From assembly GCA_039208305.1 (NCBI GenBank), contig JBCCRF010000001.1, positions 1 to 37,494 on the forward strand: DNA of 37,494 bases, read 5' to 3'. A program made the translations under genes and the position numbers. Below, piece after piece: positions 1-9,780 of this stretch (position 1 is its first letter; each line of letters opens with the position of its first letter). The DNA comes from Pseudomonadota bacterium. GTDB lineage: Bacteria; Pseudomonadota; Alphaproteobacteria; Rhizobiales; Rhizobiaceae. The notes beneath the pieces are model-generated. The model was not told where the DNA came from. It made no database searches and saw nothing but the letters and a program-made list of their open reading frames with translations.

Positions 1-240
1 CGGGCCGAGCGCGTAGCCTTCGCTTTCGTAATAGTCGCAGAGTTTGGTCAGCGATCCGTGGATGTAGATCGTGTCCTCATGCCCCGCCGCGCGCATATTG
101 TCGGCGTCTATGCGCTGGGCAAGGCGCAGCGCGTCATCCGCCACCTGCGCGAGGCGGGGCATGAGGACACGATCTACATCCACGGATCGCTGGCCAAACT
201 CTGCGACTATTACGAAAGCGAAGGCTACGCGCTAGGCCCG
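1..240. repeat. 88-bp inverted duplication (1-88 = reverse complement of 153-240, 2 mismatches); probable chimera/assembly artefact
   Basis: Base-by-base comparison; mismatches only at 7/234 and 48/193. It replaces the 5' part of the exonuclease gene. Confidence 0.92.
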
Positions 241-597
241 CTCGCCCCTGCCACGTTGCAGAAGGGCGAGAAGGGCAATTTCGCAGGCGCGATCGTGCTC
301 GGCCCACCTTCCGCCATGACTGACAAGTGGGCGCGCCGCTTCCCGGACCCCATCACCTGCTTCGCCTCAGGCTGGATGCAAGTGCGCCAACGCGCCCGCC
401 AGCGCGGCGTCGAACTGCCCATCGTCCTGTCCGACCATTGCGACTGGGACGAGCTGATCGACACGATCGAGGAACTGGACCCGAAGGAGGTCTGGGTCAC
501 CCACGGACGGGATGACGCCCTAGTGCGCTGGTGCGAGCTGAATGGGCGATTGGCCCGCCCGCTGCATCTGGTGGGGTATGAGGAGGATGATGGGTGA
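88..597 (+). CDS. Ligase-associated DNA damage response exonuclease (metallo-beta-lactamase/beta-CASP type), 5'-partial
   Basis: GVYALGKAQR, FASGWM, LSDHCDW and VWVTHG motifs; upstream of an ATP-dependent ligase. The ORF start at 58 lies inside the inverted duplication and is not genuine. Confidence 0.9.
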   Translation, partial: RAHIVGVYALGKAQRVIRHLREAGHEDTIYIHGSLAKLCDYYESEGYALGPLAPATLQKGEKGNFAGAIVLGPPSAMTDKWARRFPDPITCFASGWMQVRQRARQRGVELPIVLSDHCDWDELIDTIEELDPKEVWVTHGRDDALVRWCELNGRLARPLHLVGYEEDDG

Positions 598-708
598 AAC
601 AGCGCCGACCGTTGAACTTGTTATCGCTCGAGCCGGTCGACGGCCTTCCGAAGAAGGTCTTGAGTACGGATGGCAAGACCAGAGCCGCGAACACGCTTAG
701 AATAGGAT

Positions 709-1134
709 TTAAACAAATTCAGTCAATGTCGAAAGCGAAAGACCATGCAAAACGCATTTGGTGACATCACGCATGGTTTGCTGTGGAAGCGGTTTGTCGA
801 AATAAATCCGTCGACCGTCCGCACTTCGCCCAGCTCGCAGCAAGTCGATGCGACCGAAACTGACTGCTGTGATCATATCTGCCTTCACCCAACTGTCGTA
901 TCTCAACAAGTCGGATGGCCATTCCTCCGGCAAAACCAGCGGCATGTGAAAATTCATCTGCGGCGCAGGCGCTTGAGTGCTGAGAGGCACAATAGTGCAC
1001 AAGCCCGGCCTACCTTTCATGGGTCGGCTGATTACGATTGCAGGTCGGCGCTTCCCCATTTCTGGAGGAATGAAACCGGTATTAAAATCAACAAGGACCA
1101 GCGTTCCGTATTTCGGATGGAATCGTATTGGCAT
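709..1134 (-). CDS. PemK/MazF-family endoribonuclease toxin (orphan)
   Basis: MPIRFHPKYGTLVLVDF..GFIPPEMGKRRPAIVIS..CTIVPLST..SWVKADMITAVSFGR matches the PemK/MazF pattern; ATG at 1134 chosen as start. Confidence 0.85.
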   Translation of the reverse strand: MPIRFHPKYGTLVLVDFNTGFIPPEMGKRRPAIVISRPMKGRPGLCTIVPLSTQAPAPQMNFHMPLVLPEEWPSDLLRYDSWVKADMITAVSFGRIDLLRAGRSADGRRIYFDKPLPQQTMRDVTKCVLHGLSLSTLTEFV

Positions 1135-1196
1135 CCAGCGAAAATATTTAAAGCCACGATAGTCAAGCCAGACATCATTCGAACGGTGCACAGGAA

Positions 1197-2936
1197 ATGA
1201 AACCCTTCGCCACCCTTCTCGACCGGCTCACGCTGACGCCGTCGCGCAATCAGAAGATTCAGCTGATGGTGGACTATTTTGCCGATCAGCCTGACCCGGA
1301 TCGCGGCTGGGGGTTGGCGGCGATCACGCGCGACCTCGATATTCCCGCCGTCAAACCCGCCATGCTGCGCGCGCTGGTGGCGGAGCGGATGGACGAGCAG
1401 CTGTTCCGTATGAGCTACGACTATGTGGGTGACCTGGCGGAGACGATTGCACTCGTCTGGGACGCGGATCGGCGGACGGCCGGGGTGGAGATTGCGACCG
1501 AGCGTGCGGCTGGCGCGGGAACTAAAATCTCCGATATCGCCCTCGCTTCCTGCAATCACACCACCCCCGCCCACGGCCGCAACTCGCCGCTCTCCCTCGA
1601 CGAAGTCGTCACCCGCCTTCTGCGCCTGCCCAAAACCGAAGCCTTGCGTCAGGTTGAACAGTGGCTCGACATGCTCGATGCCTCCGGCCGCTACGCCCTG
1701 CTGAAATTGATGACCGGCGGCATGCGGATCGGTGTGTCGGCGCGCCTGGCAAAGCAGGCCTGTGCAGCGTTTGCTGAAAAGAGCGGCGTTGCGGTGGATA
1801 TCGTTGAGATTGAGGAACTCTGGCACGGGCTAGAGCCACCCTATGAAGACCTGTTCGCCTGGCTGACCGGCGCCGCTGAAAAGCCCGCCCACCGGGCTGA
1901 AGCGCCCTTCCGCCCCGTGATGCTCGCCACGCCGATTGCCGACGCGAAGATGAGCGAACTCGACGCCTCGGCCTATGCCGCGGAATGGAAATGGGACGGC
2001 ATCCGCGTGCAGGCGACAGGCGAAGGGTCGACGCGCCGCCTCTACTCACGAACAGGCGACGATATCGGCAAGGCCTTTCCGGACCTGATCGACGCGCTGG
2101 ATTTTCACGGCTCCATCGATGGCGAATTGCTGGTGGGCCGTGCCAGCGATGACGGCTCCATTCAGGCGGGATCGTTCGCTGATTTGCAGCAGCGGCTCAA
2201 CCGTAAGACGGTCTCGAAGAAGATGCTCACCAGCCACCCCGTTTTCATTCGCGCTTACGATTTGCTGGACGAAGCGGGCGCGAACCTGCGCGATCTGCCC
2301 TTCGAGGCGCGGCGCGGTCGGCTGGAGAGTTTCATCCCCAAGCTGAACCCTGAGCGGTTCGACCTGTCGCAACTGGTGCCCTTCGATACGTGGGACGATC
2401 TCGCGGCACAACGCGAAAACCTGCCCCACCCAATCATCGAAGGGGTGATGGTGAAGCGATGGGACTCGACCTACGTGCCGGGCCGCCCCAAGGGGCCTTG
2501 GTTCAAGTGGAAGCGCGACCCCATGATCATCGACGCCGTGATGATGTATGCCCAGCGCGGCCACGGCAAACGCTCCAGCTATCACAGCGACTACACGTTC
2601 GGCGTTTGGACGGGGGAAGTGTCCGGCGAGGGCGAGCTCGTGCCGGTGGGCAAGGCCTATTTCGGCTTCACCGATGAAGAGTTGAAACGGATCGATAAAT
2701 TCGTGCGCGACAACACGGTGGACCGCTTCGGCCCCGTGCGCTCGGTGAAGGCGACGCCGGATTTCGGCCTGGTGCTGGAGATCGCCTTCGAGGGTCTGCA
2801 GCGCTCCACCCGCCACAAAAGCGGCATCGCCATGCGCTTTCCGCGCGTCTCCAAACTGCGTTGGGACAAGCCGCCCCGCGAGGCCGACACGCTGGTGGTG
2901 GTGGAGGCATTGCTGGAACAGCAGACGGTTGGTTAA
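1197..2936 (+). CDS. ATP-dependent DNA ligase (damage-response type partnered with the exonuclease)
   Basis: Motif I EWKWDGIR, DGELL, EGVMVK, WFKWK, C-terminal OB domain with MRFPR. Confidence 0.95.
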   Translation: MKPFATLLDRLTLTPSRNQKIQLMVDYFADQPDPDRGWGLAAITRDLDIPAVKPAMLRALVAERMDEQLFRMSYDYVGDLAETIALVWDADRRTAGVEIATERAAGAGTKISDIALASCNHTTPAHGRNSPLSLDEVVTRLLRLPKTEALRQVEQWLDMLDASGRYALLKLMTGGMRIGVSARLAKQACAAFAEKSGVAVDIVEIEELWHGLEPPYEDLFAWLTGAAEKPAHRAEAPFRPVMLATPIADAKMSELDASAYAAEWKWDGIRVQATGEGSTRRLYSRTGDDIGKAFPDLIDALDFHGSIDGELLVGRASDDGSIQAGSFADLQQRLNRKTVSKKMLTSHPVFIRAYDLLDEAGANLRDLPFEARRGRLESFIPKLNPERFDLSQLVPFDTWDDLAAQRENLPHPIIEGVMVKRWDSTYVPGRPKGPWFKWKRDPMIIDAVMMYAQRGHGKRSSYHSDYTFGVWTGEVSGEGELVPVGKAYFGFTDEELKRIDKFVRDNTVDRFGPVRSVKATPDFGLVLEIAFEGLQRSTRHKSGIAMRFPRVSKLRWDKPPREADTLVVVEALLEQQTVG

Positions 2937-3031
2937 TCATCCCGAGCGATTTTCGCGACGATTTAATTGGGCGGCAACGCGGCCATAATAAAGTGCGCCA
3001 CAACCCTCTCACGCTTGCGCGGAGCAATGCC

Positions 3032-4168
<1,137 letters not shown>

Positions 4169-4222
4169 TGCGCGCGACGGGAGCTGCGCTGCTCCGGCGG
4201 CGCTCGCGAACGGTCCTTTCCT

Positions 4223-6235
4223 ATGGCTCTCCTGCTCGGCATCGATACCGGCGGCACGTTTACCGATGCGGTGGTGCTGGACGATCAGACCCTGCGCGAC
4301 ACCGCCATAATCGCCTCCGCGAAATCGCTGACAACCCGATACGATCTTGCGATCGGCATTGGCGGAGCAGCACATGAGGCTTTTAAGGCTTCAAACTGTA
4401 ACGCATCCGACATAAAACTCGTCTCGCTCTCCACAACGCTTGCAACCAATGCGTTGGTGGAAGGCCAGGGCGGGCGTGTCGCGCTCGTCGCCATCGGCTT
4501 TGCGCCTGCCGATCTGGAGCGCGCAGGGCTGGCGCAGGCGCTCGGCTCCGACCCGCTGGTTCTGCTGCCGGGTGGCCACACGACCCATGGCGCGGAACAG
4601 GCACCGCTCGACCTGACAGAATTGGAAGTGCAGCTGGATGCCCTCTCCACCGATGTCGCAGGCTTCGCGGTGGCCGGGTATTTCGCCGTTCGCAATCCGG
4701 CGCATGAACTGGCGGTGCGCGAGTTGCTGATGTCGCGCACGAACCGCCCGGTGACCTGCAGCCACGAATTGTCGGCGCAGTTGAACGGCCCGAAAAGAGC
4801 GCTGACCACGGTGTTGAACGCGCGGCTGATCCCCATGATCACGCGGTTGATCGAGGCAACATCGCGCACCCTCGACACGCAGGGAATTGATGCCCCGCTG
4901 ATGGTGGTGCGAGGGGATGGGGCACTGGTCAGCGCCGATTTCGCCTCCCGCCGTCCCATCGAGACAATCCTTTCAGGCCCTGCGGCCAGCCTGGTCGGTG
5001 CACTGTGGTTGACCGGCGAGGAGAACGCTTTCGTCAACGACATCGGCGGCACGACCTCCGATGTGGCGGTGCTGGAAAATGGCAGACCACGCCTTGATCC
5101 ATCGGGTGCGCAGGTAGGCGGCTATCGCACGATGGTGGAGGCGGTGGCGATGCACACATTCGGCCTGGGGGGTGACAGTCAGGTTCGCCTCGGTGGCACC
5201 GGACTTGCGCCGGTCATCGAACTGGGTCCGCGCCGTGTCGTGCCGGTCAGCCTGCTCGCGGTGGACCATAGCGATATCGTTCATTCCGCGCTCGACCAAC
5301 AGATAAAGTCCACCCTCCTCAATCGCCACGATGGCGGCTTCGCCATGCGTTCCGGGACCGGCATTGCCGCCGGGCTGTCCTCTCGCGAACAGGCGCTGTT
5401 CGACCGGTTGGACAATACGCCCGTGCCGCTGGACAAAGCCTTGCAGGCCACGTCCGACAGCGCGGCGCTGGATCGATTGGTGGAGCGCGGTCTCGTGTTG
5501 CGCTGTGGGCTGACACCCAGCGATGCTTTGCACGCGCTGGATGGTCAAAACGTCTGGGACAAAGACGCGGCAATCAAGGCCCTGCGCCTGTTCGGGCGCG
5601 TGAAGGACGGGACCGGTCAGCCGCTCTATGGCGACCCGCTGGAACTGGCACGCATGATCGTCGCCCGCGTGGAGCGCCGCTCGGCGGAGGTGGTGCTGGA
5701 GACAGCGTTTGCCATCGACGGGCAAGACCCGAATTCCGTGCACCAGCCGCTCATCGCATCGGCATTGGATCGGCGCGCCGTCGAGAACGCCTCGCGGTCT
5801 ATGGCCCGCATCGACGTGTCGCTCGATCGCCCGCTGATCGGCCTCGGTGCATCGGCCCATGCCTGGCACCCGGCGGCGGCGAAGCTGCTGGGAACGCAGA
5901 TCATCGTGCCACCCCATGCGGGTGTGGCGAATGCGGTGGGTGCCGTTGTGGGGCAAGTGTCGTTGACAGCCGTGGTGACCGTTTCCCAACCGGCGGAGGG
6001 GCGCTTTGCCGTTGCCGGCCTTGAGCAGCCTTTTGCGTTCGAGGGGGACGCGATGGAAGCGGCGGAAATGAGCGCACGCGAACGCGTTAAGCAATTGGCA
6101 TCGGACGCGGGCGCTCAAGATATTCGCATTGACGTGCAGGTGAAACAGCGCCGTGCCGAGATCGAAGGGCGCGATATGCTGGTGGAAGCCACCGTGACCG
6201 CCCGCGCCGAAGGCCGCCCGCCTATCGCTGGGTAA
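4223..6235 (+). CDS. Hydantoinase/oxoprolinase family protein
   Basis: GIDTGGTFTDAV, STTLATNALVEG, ETILSGPAAS, DIGGTTSD, GVANAVGA. Confidence 0.9.
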   Translation: MALLLGIDTGGTFTDAVVLDDQTLRDTAIIASAKSLTTRYDLAIGIGGAAHEAFKASNCNASDIKLVSLSTTLATNALVEGQGGRVALVAIGFAPADLERAGLAQALGSDPLVLLPGGHTTHGAEQAPLDLTELEVQLDALSTDVAGFAVAGYFAVRNPAHELAVRELLMSRTNRPVTCSHELSAQLNGPKRALTTVLNARLIPMITRLIEATSRTLDTQGIDAPLMVVRGDGALVSADFASRRPIETILSGPAASLVGALWLTGEENAFVNDIGGTTSDVAVLENGRPRLDPSGAQVGGYRTMVEAVAMHTFGLGGDSQVRLGGTGLAPVIELGPRRVVPVSLLAVDHSDIVHSALDQQIKSTLLNRHDGGFAMRSGTGIAAGLSSREQALFDRLDNTPVPLDKALQATSDSAALDRLVERGLVLRCGLTPSDALHALDGQNVWDKDAAIKALRLFGRVKDGTGQPLYGDPLELARMIVARVERRSAEVVLETAFAIDGQDPNSVHQPLIASALDRRAVENASRSMARIDVSLDRPLIGLGASAHAWHPAAAKLLGTQIIVPPHAGVANAVGAVVGQVSLTAVVTVSQPAEGRFAVAGLEQPFAFEGDAMEAAEMSARERVKQLASDAGAQDIRIDVQVKQRRAEIEGRDMLVEATVTARAEGRPPIAG

Positions 6236-7133
6236 ACGCCTTCACGAACCGCGCAATACCCGCGTCGAGATTGGACAGGGCAGGCAGCACACCGTCCACC
6301 GGCGCAACATCGGCCACGAGATGCTGCGGTTCCGTCGCATTAGCCGAACCACTTTCCCAATCGTCCCATGTCAGCAGATTGGGCTTGCCGAGCTGTTCTG
6401 CAATGCTGCGCAGGAACTTGCCCATATGGGTTGGCCTTCCCGTCGCCAGGTTGTGGGTGCCGGCAAGGCGTTCGAAACAGGCGTTCACCAAACAGGCAGC
6501 AATATCATCCGCATGGGCGATGTCGCGCCACGCATCGCCAGCACGCAGGTGCAACGGCTCATCGGCGGCGAGCTTCTTCAGCAGCACCGACGTGATGCGG
6601 CTTTGGTTCTCCCGTTCGCTGAACGGAAAAAAGATGCGTCCAGAAAATGTGTTGTCCATGAGCTCCAACGCCTGCGTAACGCGCAGCTTCTGCTGACCGT
6701 AAAGCGTGGTTGGTCGGGTCCGAGTCGATGCAACACTCAGTCGCTCGTCGCCCCACTCGTATTCGGCGCAGGTACCTGCAAATCCGAACCAGCCGCCGCG
6801 CTCCGTCACCGCGCGCGCAAGGATGATCGAAGCATCTGCCCAAGCTGTGTTGATCGGGTCCGTCCAATAGCTGCCATGGGTGGTCTCCCACGCCAGATGG
6901 AAAACGGCGTCAGGCGCAAAGTGCGCCACCAGTTGTGGGAGTGTATCGACGTCCAGCAGGTCAGCCTTCACGTCATGCTCATCCATCGGACGCCGCGTAA
7001 CGCAGGTGAGCTGCACATCATCGACCGAATGATATTTGTGTTCCAGCAGGCGCTGCTTTACGTAGGCGCCGAGCGCGCCGCTTGCGCCCGTCACCATGAT
7101 GCGGGTTGGAGGTGGAGCCGTCTTCTCAGCCAT
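6222..7133 (-). CDS. NAD-dependent epimerase/dehydratase (nucleotide-sugar modifying extended SDR)
   Basis: VTGASGALG Rossmann motif, HLAW, GTCAEY, YGQQK (YxxxK); ATG at 7133. Confidence 0.85.
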   Translation of the reverse strand: MAEKTAPPPTRIMVTGASGALGAYVKQRLLEHKYHSVDDVQLTCVTRRPMDEHDVKADLLDVDTLPQLVAHFAPDAVFHLAWETTHGSYWTDPINTAWADASIILARAVTERGGWFGFAGTCAEYEWGDERLSVASTRTRPTTLYGQQKLRVTQALELMDNTFSGRIFFPFSERENQSRITSVLLKKLAADEPLHLRAGDAWRDIAHADDIAACLVNACFERLAGTHNLATGRPTHMGKFLRSIAEQLGKPNLLTWDDWESGSANATEPQHLVADVAPVDGVLPALSNLDAGIARFVKAFTQR

Positions 7134-7177
7134 CTGCCGGGCCTGCCGCACGCGCCCGAACTTGTAAAGGCGATGCC

Positions 7178-7957
7178 ATGAACCCGATCGAGGCTTTTGA
7201 GCAAGAGCGTGCTGCGCGCATCGCACAACAGGGCGACAATGCCGCCCTCACAAAGATCGCCAACGACTTCGCCACCGAGGCAATGCGATCGAAATACATG
7301 TACAATTTCACATCGCTTGGGCGGCCGATCATCCAGTTCCCGCAGGACATGGTGGCCGCGCAGGAACTGATTTGGCAGGTGAAGCCCGACCTCGTCATCG
7401 AGACCGGCATCGCCCATGGCGGCTCACTGATCCAGACCGCACTGATGCTCGGCGCGCTCGATCTTGCTGACGCTATGGAAAGTGGCGAACCGCTCGTGCC
7501 GGGCAAAAGCAAGCGCAAAGTGCTGGGCATCGATATCGACATTCGAGACCATAACCGTGCGGCCATCGAAGCTCATCCCTACGCTGGTTACATCGACATG
7601 ATGCAGGGCTCCGCCATTGCCGAGGATATGGTGGCGAATGTGCGCAATTACGCGAAGGATTTCGGCCGCGTGATGGTGTTTCTCGACTCCATGCACAGCC
7701 ACGACCATGTGCTGGGCGAATTGAGCGCCTATGCCGATCTCGTGTCGGTGGGCTCCTACTGCGTGGTCTTTGACACGTTTGTGGAAGACCTGCCTAAAGG
7801 TTTCTTCGACGACAGGCCGTGGGATGTCGGCGATAACCCCAAGACCGCCGTCCATGAATGGATGAAGGGACGCGATGATTTCGTCATCGACAGCGAGTGG
7901 GACAACCGCCTCCTTATCTCCGTCGCGCCGGACGGTTTCTTGAAGCGCGTGAAGTAA
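7178..7957 (+). CDS. CmcI (cephalosporin hydroxylase)/rhamnosyl O-methyltransferase family protein
   Basis: YNFTSLGRPIIQFPQD, KPDLVIETGIAHGGS, LDSMHSHDHVL, GDNPKTAV. Confidence 0.9.
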   Translation: MNPIEAFEQERAARIAQQGDNAALTKIANDFATEAMRSKYMYNFTSLGRPIIQFPQDMVAAQELIWQVKPDLVIETGIAHGGSLIQTALMLGALDLADAMESGEPLVPGKSKRKVLGIDIDIRDHNRAAIEAHPYAGYIDMMQGSAIAEDMVANVRNYAKDFGRVMVFLDSMHSHDHVLGELSAYADLVSVGSYCVVFDTFVEDLPKGFFDDRPWDVGDNPKTAVHEWMKGRDDFVIDSEWDNRLLISVAPDGFLKRVK

Positions 7958-7966
7958 GCCAACTTC

Positions 7967-8800
7967 GTGCACCCCATGACCTTCGCTGCCATAGACCCAT
8001 TTCTGCTTGTCTCGCTTTTGGTCATCACCGCGCTCATCGCAGGGATGCTGGCAGGCCTGTTGGGGGTCGGTGGCGGTATCGTCATTGTGCCGGTGCTGTT
8101 CTGGATTTTCGATGCGCTCGGGGTTGGTGGACCCATGGCAATGACGGTATCGGTCGCCACATCGCTCGCCTGCATCATTCCGATTTCCTTCACGTCTGCT
8201 CGATCGCACCGCAAGCGCGGCAATCTCGATGGTGGGCTTTTTCGCAGGTGGGCACCGTGGATTTTCCTCGGCGCGCTGGCGGGCGGTTTGCTGTCCTTCG
8301 TGCTGGACGGATCGCAACTGCGGTTCATCTTCGGTGCCGTGGCCTTGCTGGTGGCGATCAATATGGCGCTCCCGAAACCGCTCAATCTCGGTGCTAAGCT
8401 GCCGACGTCGAAGATCGTGCAGGGCGCGATGGCATGGGTCATCGGGGTCTTTTCAGCGCTCATGGGGATCGGCGGTGGAACGCTGACGGTGCCGACGCTG
8501 TCGATGTTCTCATTCCCCACCCACCGCGCGGTGGGCACGGCAGCAGCTTTCGGTCTGGTGATCGCACTCCCCGCCGTGTGCGGTTTCATTGCATCGGGCT
8601 GGACCGCACCCGACCTGCCGCCTTTTCAGTTTGGCTATGTGAACTGGGCAGCCGCCGCCATTCTCGCGCCAATTTCCATGGCCGTGACGCCGTGGGGCGC
8701 AGCGCTCGCATCTCGCCTGCCTGCCCGGCAATTGCGGTTGGCCTTTGCGCTGTTCCTCGCCATCACCTCGGTGCGAATGCTGTGGGGAGTTCTGGACTGA
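7967..8800 (+). CDS. Sulfite exporter TauE/SafE family membrane protein
   Basis: Duplicated GLLGVGGG / ALMGIGGG motifs, AVGT, multiple hydrophobic segments; start could be 7976. Confidence 0.88.
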   Translation: MHPMTFAAIDPFLLVSLLVITALIAGMLAGLLGVGGGIVIVPVLFWIFDALGVGGPMAMTVSVATSLACIIPISFTSARSHRKRGNLDGGLFRRWAPWIFLGALAGGLLSFVLDGSQLRFIFGAVALLVAINMALPKPLNLGAKLPTSKIVQGAMAWVIGVFSALMGIGGGTLTVPTLSMFSFPTHRAVGTAAAFGLVIALPAVCGFIASGWTAPDLPPFQFGYVNWAAAAILAPISMAVTPWGAALASRLPARQLRLAFALFLAITSVRMLWGVLD

Positions 8801-9671
8801 CGACCTGACCCAAGAGCCACGCCTTGAACGTCTCGGCATGAGGATGGGCGATGGTAGGTGATGTCTCCACCAGATGGAACGCTTCCTCGATGGGCAGTTC
8901 CAGACCGAAGGGCGCGACAAGCCGCCTTGCATCCACCATCGGCTGCGATAGCGACGAGCGAGCAATCGCTATACCCTCGCCGGATGCTGCCATCTCGAGA
9001 GCCATCAGCGATGTGTCCACATGTACTCCGTCGCCAGGCTCCACAGCATCGGCACCTGCAGCCCTTAGCCAGGTGGCCCAACCCCGCTCATAGCCCAGCA
9101 CATGGATCAGATCGTGTTCAGCCAGATCGTCTGGCGTCTGCAAATGCTCTGCCATGTCCGGTGCACAGAGCGGCTGAATGGTCTCCCAGGTCAGTTGATG
9201 CGAGACGGCGCCTTTCCAGTCGCCCAGCCCGTAGCGAATATCGAGATCGAACTCGCCGCGCAGGTTGGCCTCGTTCCAAATGCTGGAGGTGATGCGAATA
9301 TTGATATCCGGGTGCAGTGCCCGGAACTGCGGCAGGCGCGGTGCAAGCCACGCGACTGAAAAGCCGATGGAAGATCGGACCGCCAGCGCCTTGCCTCGCC
9401 TGCGCCCGAACACCTCCCGCGTGCCGTCACGCAGCTTGTCGAACGCGTCGCGCACCTTTGGCAGATAGGCGTCTGCCGTCTTGGTGGGTTCCAGCGACCG
9501 CGGGTGTCGGATGAACAGCCTGTCGCCAAGATGCTCTTCCAGCTGCTTCACCTGTTTCGATACGGCCACCTGCGACAGGCCGAGCTCCGCTGCCGCCTGA
9601 GTGAAACTGAGATGCCGCGCGGTCGCCTCGAACGAGCGCAGCCAGTTGAGAGGGGGCAGGCGGTCCGCCAT
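8763..9671 (-). CDS. LysR-family transcriptional regulator (GcvA-like)
   Basis: RLPPLNWLRSFEATARHLSFTQAAAEL HTH; ATG at 9671; divergent from the demethylase gene. Confidence 0.93.
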   Translation of the reverse strand: MADRLPPLNWLRSFEATARHLSFTQAAAELGLSQVAVSKQVKQLEEHLGDRLFIRHPRSLEPTKTADAYLPKVRDAFDKLRDGTREVFGRRRGKALAVRSSIGFSVAWLAPRLPQFRALHPDINIRITSSIWNEANLRGEFDLDIRYGLGDWKGAVSHQLTWETIQPLCAPDMAEHLQTPDDLAEHDLIHVLGYERGWATWLRAAGADAVEPGDGVHVDTSLMALEMAASGEGIAIARSSLSQPMVDARRLVAPFGLELPIEEAFHLVETSPTIAHPHAETFKAWLLGQVVSPELPTAFAPR

Positions 9672-9780
9672 GGCCAAATAACCCATAACCAAAATTGGTG
9701 CATAGGGTGGAGATTTATTATTGGACCGAAGGGCTGGCAAGCGCGAAAACCGGCCACTTTCAACGCATCGAGACGAACCG

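Noticed and set aside
58-87. ORF-track start and N-terminus MDVDRVLMP of the exonuclease
   Set aside because: Encoded by the inverted duplicate segment, so not the true N-terminus.
497-694. 65-aa minus-strand ORF downstream of the toxin as a possible antitoxin
   Set aside because: Half overlaps the exonuclease antisense; no RBS and no AbrB/RHH/HTH features.
1141-1166. TTGACT...TATTTT as the toxin promoter (minus strand)
   Set aside because: Spacing is 14 nt, not 16-18; not supportable.
4973-6118. Long antisense ORFs (also 9760-11052, 30182-31579, 35858-37243 and others)
   Set aside because: Shadows of well-supported genes in GC-rich DNA; no motifs of their own.
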